The notes beneath the pieces were generated by a model. The model saw only the letters and a list, made by a program, of their open reading frames with translations. It was not told where the DNA came from and ran no database searches. From Alphaproteobacteria bacterium (GTDB lineage Bacteria; Pseudomonadota; Alphaproteobacteria; MPNO01; UBA830): DNA of 64,000 nt. Where the stretch lies: positions 128,001 to 192,000 of the forward strand of contig OZ219790.1 in the NCBI GenBank assembly GCA_964291215.2. The letters are read 5' to 3'. A program made the translations under genes and the position numbers. This document shows, piece by piece, positions 54,855 through 64,000 of the stretch. Within the stretch, counting starts at the first letter, position 1; the number at the start of each line of letters is the position of its first letter.

Positions 54855-56504
54855 GGGCGTGAGTCTGACATGGCGATGCCGGGACCGGTCGGCTGATGTG
54901 GCTCATGCGGCGCGCCTGGCGGCGTAGCCAAGGCAGTTGTTGTCGTTGGCCGGGGTATCAGCATCGCTCATGAGGCCTGCCCATGCGCGGTCGAAGCGCC
55001 CGGATTTGATGAGGGCGCGTACGGTGAGGACGGCCTGCGCGCCGGCGATGCGCCATCGCATGCCGGAGCGCTTCATCCTCTGTGCGACGAGGGTTTTGTT
55101 TGCGGCCTCGACAACGCCGGAGCCGATGGTGATGCCGCGGTCGCTGAGGTTGCGGTATCGCATGCGCTTGCGGTGCTTGCGGAAGAAGGCGAGTTCGCGC
55201 TCGATGGCGGTGCGCGCGGTGCGGTTGCTGCCTGCCTTGTCGCGCAGGTAGCGCAGCGCCCGGATCACCTTGGCGCTGCCGTGCGGGTCGTGTCGCAGGG
55301 TATGGCGGCAAGTCTCGAACCAGCGGGGATCGACGGCATGGTCGGAGGCTGTGCGGAGATGCTCGCAGGCGTGCCAGAAGTCGACGGCCTCGGGCGAGAG
55401 GCTCTCCAGGAAGGTCCAGTTGTCGGGGGCGCCGTCGGCGACGGCGACTATGGCGATGTCGGGCCGGGCCTGGCGGATATGCGCGACCTCGCTTGCGAGT
55501 TGCGCCTTCAGCGTGGGCTTGTCGCTCTCCGGTATGCGGGCGAAGTAGAGGGTCTTGAGCCGTTCACCTTCCCCATCATGGAAGGAGACCGTGCCGCAGG
55601 CGGCCTCGCGCCAGCAGGCCTCGTCGCGCCCGTCCTCGCCGGCACGCAGCGCCACCATGACGCCGTCGAGCGAGACCGAGGCGCTGACTGCCTCGGATGG
55701 GATGTCTTCCGTGTTGCGGATACTGTCCAGCGCCTGCGGCCCCAGGCCCTCCCAGCGCTCATGCATGGTCCGGGCGAGCCGCTGCAAGCTGCTCGCCGAC
55801 GGCACCATGACGCCCATCTCCGAGAAGAACTCTTCCGCTTCCCTGGCCGTGCCGTGGCCCATCATCATCAGCCCGAGCCGCGCGGCCGGGCGCGTCAGCC
55901 AGTCGTTCACCAGCCCCAGGCTCTCGTCCACCGGCACGAACGAGGGGCCGCCCACGCCGTGGCGATAACGCGCCCGCCTGTAGGTCACCGGGCCGAGCGC
56001 GCTCATGATCGTCTTCGGCGTCGCCGCCACACGGAACCGGCGTTGCCCGGCCCGCTCGACCCGCTCAGCCCCGTCGTCGAGGCGCTCGATCCACGACCCC
56101 AGAACCTCGCAGCCCAGCGCGTTCACCTTCGCCTGCACACGCCGCTCCATCTCTTCGAACGCCGCCGGGCAGGGCTCCGCAGGAAGCGGCGCGCGGCACA
56201 CAGTCGCCAATCCCGTCAACGCCTCCAGAACCCGAGCCGGCAAGCCCGACAGATCGATGGACGAAGACTGCGCAGGCTGCGACACTGGCATGGGACCGCT
56301 CCCGAGGTTGATGTGGCAACAGCATCCTACCCTGCCTCTGGCGGGGCGGAGCGGTCCCGCACAACGGCCCCGCCATCGTGCGATCGTGACAAAAGCCGGC
56401 CCTCCAACCACCGATTGTCACCAAACCCCGTAATCGGGAACCCGAAACAAAGGCAAAATCTCAATATATCAACCGGTTACGATAGCCATACCGGACTTGC
56501 ACCC
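54855..56504 (-). mobile_element. ISKra4-like element (transposase ORF ending at 54903)
   Basis: GGG-terminated imperfect IRs; 8-bp TSD GATCAGGT at 54847-54854 and 56505-56512; SLDG, ADGA, DFWHA, IGSGVVEAANK, RMKRSGMRW. Confidence 0.88.
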
Positions 56505-56747
56505 GATCAGGTCATCCAGCGAGCCGAGGCAGTCGGCGATATTCTGCTGCTCGGGACGCGATACAGCCACCGGCGGCAGCGGAATGGGTATCGACATGAG
56601 AGCTTCATTGCTAACGTTGAGCGCGCCGTGAGCACGCGCACCGACCGTGATGTATTTGCGTAGCCATCTACCGTGGTGATTCCCATGTAGGAGATGGTCC
56701 AGGTACTCCGGGATAATGACGCCGGCATCTGGCCTAAAGCACGAAAA

Positions 56748-58871
56748 AATGCTGTTGGGTACAGCTACCGCCCCCGTACCAGCATATCGGGCAATGTAAC
56801 CCTGCGGAAATTCCTTTGTCGCACTCTTGTTGTAGGCAAAATCGTTACCTGACTTCGACGGTTGATTCGGGTAAGTAGTTGATATTGGCCGGTTCTCATT
56901 TCCGGCTAGGCACTACATTCGGCATTTCTTCGAGTTCTGGCCGGGCGTGGCTGTGGGTCAGGCGAGCAGGTATGGGGTGATTGTCAGGGGCAACCCCAAG
57001 GTGGCGTAGATCTGTTCCGCCGCGGGTGTGGGCTTCGAGGGGATGACGTAGCGGTTTCCCGATTGCCGGCAGCGCAGCACGGAGCATTGGCGGTGGACGA
57101 GGGCGGAGCGGATGACCTCCGGGGACATCCTCTGCTTCTGGATGGCGACGCGGTATGCGAGGTGGCGGACACAGGCGAAGGCCATGAAGGCGATGGCGAT
57201 GTGGGCGCGGATGCGGTCCGGGTTCCAGTGCCATATGGGCCGCACCCGGAGGTCGTGCTTGGTGATGCGGAAGCTTTCCTCGACCTGCCAGAGCCCGTGG
57301 TAGTGGGACATCACTTCGGTGACGCTGGCGTCGCGCAGATTGGTGATGACGCCGGCGAGCCCGTCACATTGCTCGGCCTCGGCGATCTTCTCCGGGTTCA
57401 CCGTGAGCCGGGCGTCGCCCTCGACGGCGATGAAGCGCTTCATTCCATGGTTGGAGAGCAGCTCCTTGGGATTGTTGCTGCGGGTCAGCCTGCCGAGCAG
57501 GCGCTGCACCTGCTTGCGGCGCTCGTGCGCGTCCTTGCGCGCGCGCTTGGGGCAGAAGACGACGATCAGGCGTCGGCCCTTGTATTCCCATTCGCCGACC
57601 CGGCGGTTCTCCGGGCCCTCCAGCGGGGCATAGGCGTCCGGGTCGAGAAGCTGCTTGCGCAGGGCGAGCGGCAGCTTGCGCAGCCGCGCGCCAACGACAT
57701 ACGCGCCGCCGATCCTGTCCATGGCGTCGAGGTTGTCGGCGCTCAGCATGCCCCGATCGGCCACGCACACCATGCGCTCCACCTGGTGGCGGCGCTGCAT
57801 GTCCCGCAGGACCGGGACCAGGCTGTGCCCCTCGTAGGTGGCGCCGGGGAAGACCTCGTAGCCGATCGGCAGGCCTTCGCGCGTCACCATCAGCGCCAGT
57901 AGGATCTGCGTGTCCTTGTGCTTGCCGTCCTTGCTGAAGCCGTGCTGGCGAAGTTCGTCCTCAACCGCGCTCTCGAAGGAGAGCGTGGTGCAGTCGAAGA
58001 AGAGGATCGCGACCGGCTCCGGCAGCAGCGACCGGCTCGCCTCGCCGACCCGCGTGCGCAGACGCTCGATCACGGGCGCGTCGAGCTGGTCCATCATCCG
58101 GTAGACCTTCTCGAGCGGCAGGCTCACGCCGAAGTCCTCCTCGAGCCGGCGCACGCTGCCCCGCTTGCTGTCGGGGTTGGCGATCCGCGCCATCACCAAG
58201 TGGAACAGCGCGTCGTGCGAGGCGCGGTAGCGCGAACGCGGCAGCAGCGTGTCCAGGCCCAGCAGGCGGTACATCTCGCCGTAGACCTCGTGCACGCCGG
58301 TGACCAGGCGCTGCTCCTCCTCGATCTGCTTGAGGTCGACCGGGAGTTCCTGCTTGCCGTCGCCCCGGCGACCGACGCGGATCACCTGCCCGGCGATCTT
58401 CTCGGGCGCAAACAGCAAGGGCTGGCGCTCGTCCTCCAGCTTCGCCTTGACATACGCGCCGAGCTGCCTCAGGCGCTCGAGCTCGTCCTCGTCCATGGCC
58501 ACGCCGATGTGGCGCACGATGCGCTGGCGCACCTTGCCGCCGTCGCGCACCGCCTCGACCAGCTGGACCGAGCGGCGCGGGCTGTTGGGCGTGGACTTGA
58601 TGCGAACGAACATGGGCCGGAGTATAGCCCGCGGCGAAGATATCCGAAATCAAATATAATCACTAGGCACTACAATCCAACGCAACTGCAACGCAACTGC
58701 CAAGTCATTGGCTTCGCTGAAAACTCCAGACGCAACATCAGCCGAAATCCGGCTCAACCGTCGAAGTCAGGAATGCTGTTGGGTACAGCTACCGCCCCCG
58801 TACCAGCATATCGGGCAATGTAACCCTGCGGAAATTCCTTTGTCGCACTCTTGTTGTAGGCAAAATCGTTA
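56748..58871. repeat. Perfect 100-bp direct repeat (56748-56847 = 58772-58871) flanking the IS1634
   Basis: Base-by-base identity; each copy abuts an IR. Confidence 0.95.
56848..58771 (-). mobile_element. IS1634/IS1549-type element with an apparently intact 551-aa transposase (56958-58613)
   Basis: 18-bp perfect IRs CCTGACTTCGACGGTTGA; FFDCTT, GFSKDGK, VADRG, WQVEESFRITK. Confidence 0.95.
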
Positions 58872-59106
58872 GTTTGCAGCCGGACATAGTTCCTATACGA
58901 ATTGCCTGCGATAGTGCGGCCGAACTTCTCTTCCTGGCTGACAAGACCCACGCCCGTCGCCACGCTCATTGGCACGCACTTGCTCGTCCCAACCCTCTAG
59001 GAGATCGGCTCCGCGACATCGCCGAGCGGCTGGAAGTGCCAGTCTCCTGTGCTATGGAACTCTGGAAAGCGCAGCTTGGGCACAAGAGGTGAAGGCTTGT
59101 GAGCCA

Positions 59107-61362
59107 TCACTCCGCTCCTGCCTGCTCGTAAGCGTTGAGGCCCGAAATCTCCCGGCCGTCGGCCCGCTTGTTCAGGAGCGGGACAAGTTTGGCCATCAGA
59201 GCGAGTTCCCGCTCCCGGCGTTCGCGCCAGCCGAGGCCGAGCGGCTCCATCAGGTCGGTGAGCTGTTCCCCGTCGAAGATCATGCGCTGGAGGATGGTGT
59301 CGACCAGGGCCGAGAGCGACTCGGTCGTCAGGCCATGTTCCCGGGCGATGCCTTCGATCTCCCTGGCCTGCTTCCTGGCCTTGAATTGTTCGTAGCCGGC
59401 GCGGACCGCGGCCTCATCGAGTCCCTCGCCCTCGGTGAGCGAGCGGACATACTCGGTGATGTCCTCCCGCTCGTCGAGGAACTTGGCGTCGGACTGGATC
59501 AGACCGATGAGTTGGTCGCGGCTGATCTGGAACCTCTTCGGATCCTGACCTGAGTATCTGGCGATCAGCTTCATGATGTAGTCATAGTCGATGACGGCGG
59601 AGGCGAAGAGGACAAACTCGAAGTCGAGCTGGTCGAGCTCGGGGTTGGTCGACCCGACGCCCCGGCCGGGCGTCTCCTGCTGCTCCTTCAGGCGCCGGGC
59701 GGTATCGAGATAGGCGCCCCGGAAGGCGCGGAGGTCATCCTTGGGGAGAGCCTGCTCGATCTGTTCCCGCTGCTCGTCGGTAAGGTCGGTGTACTGGTCG
59801 AGCTCGGTCTGGAGGCGCTGGACCTCCTTGAACCGCTTGACGAACTGGGCGCGGGCGTCGTCGCCCATCAGGTTGTTTACCTGATCGGGTCTGGCTTCGA
59901 GGCCCTGTGACTGCATGAACTTGTCGAGGTCGACGACGGCATTCTTGAAGTTGTCGATGACGACGGGAGCCTTGTCGACCAGCCAGATCTCGCGGGCCCG
60001 GTCGGGCTGGGCGCCCGAGAAGAGAGCGATGGCGGCGTCCACGCTGCCCTGCTGCTGGCGGAAGTCGAGGATATGGCCGGAGGGCTTGGTCGCGTTGAGG
60101 ACGCGGTTGGTGCGGGAGAAGGCCTGGATCAGGCCATGGTGCCTGAGACTCTTGTCGACGTAGAGTGTGTTGAGGAACGTGGCGTCGAAGCCGGTCAGGA
60201 GCATGTCGACGACTATGGTGATATCGATCTTTTCCTGGCCCTTGCGGGGCTGGTCGCGATTGGGGAACTGCTGATCCTTGATGCGCTGCTGGATGTCCTG
60301 GTAGTAGAGGTCGAAGTTGTTGATATCGTGGTTCGTGCCATACTGCTCGTTGTAGTCCGAGATGATCGACTCGAGTGCGGACTTCTTGCCCTCGGGGTCG
60401 TGCCGGTTGTCCGCCTTCTCCTGGGGAAGGTCCTCCTGGATTTGCTGGATATCCCTGTTGCCCTCCGCAGGCGGCGAGAAGACGGCAGCGATCTTGAGAG
60501 GCACGAACTCCGGGTCGGCGGACGGCCGCTCGGCCTGGAGTTCCCTGAAGACCTTGTAGTATTCGATGGCGTCGTTGATCGAGGCTGTAGCGAACAGCGC
60601 GTTGAAATGGCGGCTGCCGGTCGCGGCATCGTGCTTGTCGAGGATGGCCCGGGCGACCGCCCGCTTCGGGAGAGACTGGCCGGTCCCGGGAGCCGGGGCG
60701 TCCTCCGGCTTGTAGTAATCGACATGGAAGCGGAGGACGTTCCGATCCTCGATCGCGTGGGTGATGGTGTAAGCGTGGAGTTCCTGGTGGAAGAGATCCC
60801 TGGTGGTTCGAAGGGTGGCGGCGTCTCCCTCGATCTGTCGGACGGTTGCGTTGTCCTCAAAGATCGGAGTGCCGGTGAAGCCGAACAGCTGTGAGTTCGG
60901 GAAGAAATCCCTGATGGCTTCGTGATTCTCGCCGAACTGCGAGCGGTGGCACTCGTCGAAGATGAAGACCATCCGCTTGTCCCGGAGCGGCTTGAGCCGC
61001 TGCCTGAACGTCGGTCGTCCCTGAGATACTTCCGCCCTGGCATGTCTTCCGCTTTCGCCAAGAGCGAGCCCGAGCTTCTGGATGGTCGTGACGATGACCT
61101 TGTCCGCGTAGTCGTCGGAGAGGAGGCGGCGGACAAGGGCAGCTGTATTGGTGTTTTCCTCGACACAGTTCTCCTGGAACCGGTTGAATTCCTCGCGGGT
61201 CTGGCGGTCGAGGTCCTTGCGGTCGACGACGAACAGGCACTTGTGGATGCTCTCATTGGTCTTGAGGAGCGTCGAGGCCTTGAAGGAGGTAAGCGTCTTG
61301 CCCGAGCCGATCGTGTGCCAGACATAGCCGTTGCCGCAGTTCTGGTCGATGCAGTCCACGAT
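59107..61362 (-). pseudogene. hsdR: Type I R-M restriction subunit, N-terminal nuclease region missing
   Basis: WHTIGSGKT, DECHRSQFG, FTGTP, MLLTGFD, QAFSRTNR; frame cut just before Walker A by an IS. Confidence 0.9.
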
Positions 61363-63321
61363 GAGGCGTTTGCGCAGTTCTGAAGTCGTTTTTAGTCAAG
61401 GTCTTCGGGCCGGGCTCAGATTTTTCTTACCCCGGCGGTTTGTCTGATTTCCGCGGTGTTCGGCGTGACGCGGGGTCGGGTTTGTCGATTTTCACCCCAC
61501 GCCGGGAGGAGGGCCGGGCTTTCCCGGTCGTCGTCTTTTCTGGCGCGTCGCGTTGTGCGTCCGTCATGAGATAGAAGTTGTCGCCATCGGGCCTGGGCCC
61601 TGTTCCCCTACAACGTGTCCAGACGATTGGAAGAACATGATGGCGACAGCGGAGAAGTTAGCCTTTTCGTGGTGGTCTGTGGAAGGCCTTGGGGACCTTG
61701 CGCGGTTGCGTGTGGTGCTCGACACGCTTCCCGACGAGGAGGTTGTGGCGGCGCTTGAGGCGGGTCGAGGCCGGGGTCGCAACGACTACCCGGTGCGGGC
61801 GATGTGGCGGGCTCTGATCGCGGGGATCGTGTTCCAGCATGCCTCGATGCAGTCGCTTCTGCGGGAGCTGGGCCGCAACCCGGCGCTTCTGGAGATTTGC
61901 GGTTTCGAGGCGCTGCCCTTGCAGGGTGCGCCGGTGGTGGCGCTTTGCGCGGGGCGGGTGGTGAGGCGTCCGGCGCCGTTGCGCTCGACGGTGCCGGGCG
62001 CCTGGAACTTCTCGCGGTTCCTGGGGCGCGTGGTGCGCCTTGAGGACGAGCGCGGCCTTGTGTCGGGGATGATCGGGCGTCTGCGCGCCTCGCTGTTCGA
62101 GGAGTTGCCGGACTTCGGTCGCCATCTCGGGTATGACGGCAAGGCGGTGGCGAGCCACTCGACGGGCCGGGTTGCCGGGGCCAGGGGGCAGACCTCGGAC
62201 CCCGATGCGGACTGGGGCAGGCACGAGACGGGCGGGGTGAACGCGAAGACCGGCGCGGTGTGGAAGAAGGTGAAGTCGTGGTTCGGCTACGGGCTGCACC
62301 TGATCGCCGACACGGACCACGAGGTTCCTGTGGCCTTCGAGGTGACGCGGGCGTCGGCATCGGAACCCGGGGCGCTGTCCGGGATGCTGGAGGAGTTGTT
62401 CGCCGAGGCGCCGGAGATGGCCGGTCGCTGCGCCGATTTCAGCGCCGACCGCGGTCTCGACAACGCCCGCCTGAAGGCGCGGTTGTGGGACAGGTGGCAT
62501 ATCCGCCCGCTGATCGACACGCGCCTGATGTGGCGGGTCGAGAAGAAGGAGCCGGGCCATGACCCGGCCGATCACGCGACCGCTGTTCCCCGGGCGCGCC
62601 GATGTCATCGTTCATGACGAACGCGGCCGGGTGTCCTGCGTGTGCCCGCAGACCGGCGAGGTCCGCACCATGGCCTTCCAGGGGGGGTCGAGGCCGGGCG
62701 CGGCGTCTGCGGCACGCTCAAATACCGCTGCCCCGCAGCCGCCTTCGGCTTCGAGTGCAAGGGACGCCGGGCCTGCCATCGGGCGGGTGGGGTGAAGTCC
62801 GGCGAATACGGCCGCATCCTGCGCGTCGATCTCGACAGCCATGACCGGCGCCTCTTCACGCCCACGCCCTGGGGCAGCCCGTCATGGCGGCGCGGATACA
62901 ACCGACGCACCGCCATGGAGCGGATCAACGCCCGCCTCGACCGCAGCTTCAACTTCGAGACCCACTACATCCGCGGTCGCGCCAGGATGAAGACACGCCT
63001 CGGCCTGGCCCTGGCGGTCATGATGGCCATGGCGCTTGCACAGGCCCGCGCCGGACGCGTCGCACGCATGCGCTCCCGGGGCGGCCCGGCGCCATACCTC
63101 GATACCGGCTGACCCCTCAGCCGGCTGCCGACAACGCTGATCCAACCCGCCGGACCCCGGCATACGGACAAACGCGACCGAAGGCCGGCGATGCTGCCGG
63201 GCTGGGCCGCTCAAGCTCGAAAAGCAACCGCGGCGACCGCCTCGAACGCCGGAACAAACAACATCAACACCCGGACCCAACGTCCCATCCGACCGGAAAA
63301 ACCCCACAGCGCAAATTTCTC
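61363..63321 (+). mobile_element. IS5/IS1182-like DDE element; transposase from 61637 to 63112 with frameshifts near 62570-62700
   Basis: Imperfect IRs GAGGCGTTTGCGC / GAGAAATTTGCGC; GRGRNDYPV, DPDADWG, WFGYGLH, ADRGLD, YNRRTAMERINARL. Confidence 0.8.
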
Positions 63322-63570
63322 AACGATTAGCCTCTCTTGGCGGAGATTACCTCTTGCAGTAGAATGCCTCGGCTCAGGGGGCGAGCTGCGGAGGGAGGCT
63401 CTGCTATAGGTTCCAATCAACGACCGTTGGTATTAGAGGTTCCGCGCCATCTCAGCGGCGGGTGTATCCCTCGATTGCATCGGCTTGGAAGAACAGAGGG
63501 ACTTCGCCGCCCTCCGGCGGGCGGTCTCGGGCTACTGAGCGGGTAACCGATTGTGGACAAGCGACTGCCT

Positions 63571-64000
63571 ATGAAGAGCAGGAGGACAGCCAATTCCCAA
63601 CCGACCGCCCGAGATATCCAAGCGCTGGTCGCATACCTGCCGAAACTCTACCGCCACGGTTTAAAACCAATCACGCAGTGGCTTACCGAAACCGAAGACG
63701 GTGCGCTGATGCTGCCTTGGCCGGTATACGACGAAACGGTAGTGCGCTTTATCGACCTGATCAAGAGCCAGGGCTGCTGGTTGTGCGACTACGATCCAGA
63801 AGAGACCCAAAGAATGCTTATGGACAAAGCGGGTGTCGGGAACGCAACGATCCCGGAAATCCGGCGGATGCTGACGTTGGTCGTACGCGGCGAGCGTTTC
63901 TGTTCCGGCTGGTGGTCATCCATGATCGAAGACGACCATGTCCGCAGGCTGCTTCAGCGTCTCGCCGAAATCGAACGCGCAGGGATGATGGAAAACTACG
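63571..64000 (+). CDS. DUF6508-like protein, runs off the right edge
   Basis: Own translation MKSRRT...MLTLVVRGERFCSGWWSSMIEDDHVRRLLQRL. Confidence 0.55.
   Translation, partial: MKSRRTANSQPTARDIQALVAYLPKLYRHGLKPITQWLTETEDGALMLPWPVYDETVVRFIDLIKSQGCWLCDYDPEETQRMLMDKAGVGNATIPEIRRMLTLVVRGERFCSGWWSSMIEDDHVRRLLQRLAEIERAGMMENY

Larger units (their letters stand above)
54166..59107 (-). pseudogene. hsdS: Type I R-M specificity subunit: in-frame TAG at 58997-58999 plus two IS insertions
   Basis: Reconstructed MAHKPSPLVPKLRFPEF...EQQNIADCLGSLDDLIAAEHRKLEALRRHKQGLMQQLFP...VPKLRFPEF...EQKKIADCL...GLMQQLFP; TGATG overlap with hsdR. Confidence 0.9.

Noticed and set aside
54166-59107. hsdS shufflon driven by the adjacent integrases
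   Set aside because: The hsdS pieces rejoin into one two-TRD gene once the ISs are removed; no inverted silent TRDs are present
61358-63330. 4-bp ACGA TSD implying hsdR continues right of the IS
   Set aside because: The rejoined frame (RGNLRQERLIVDC) does not resemble HsdR, so the match is probably chance and the 5' part of hsdR appears deleted

Overview
High-GC alphaproteobacterial (Rhodospirillales-like) chromosomal window. Intact core blocks are tatD-mazG, a dehydrogenase-IMPase-groEL-groES block with CIRCE, and hflX-hfq-HAD-dat-trkA-ntrXY-ntrCB-ispDF. A catabolic island (23.5-33.3 kb) resembles the lignin-biphenyl (DDVA) pathway ligXa/ligY/ligZ but is paired with a Dpp-type ABC importer. 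Three IS-riddled accessory zones lie at 2.4-10.2, 12.4-19.4 and 45.7-63.3 kb. The most notable structures read directly from the DNA are: (1) a 7,000-bp IS66-ended cassette with an 8-bp target duplication, carrying an ankyrin-repeat gene and a nest of four further IS insertions; (2) an IS66 element carrying an intact DNA adenine methyltransferase inside its inverted repeats; (3) six IS256 copies with recurrent 6-7 bp micro-deletions at shared sites in a pattern no simple tree explains, while flanking single-copy core genes are clean; (4) an intact PrrC anticodon nuclease inside a destroyed type I R-M operon; (5) an IS1634 with a perfect 100-bp target duplication; (6) a tandem array of arm-type tyrosine integrases. 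Protein identities come from motif recognition and recall, not database searches. A host-associated (e.g. sponge-symbiont) lifestyle is only an inference.
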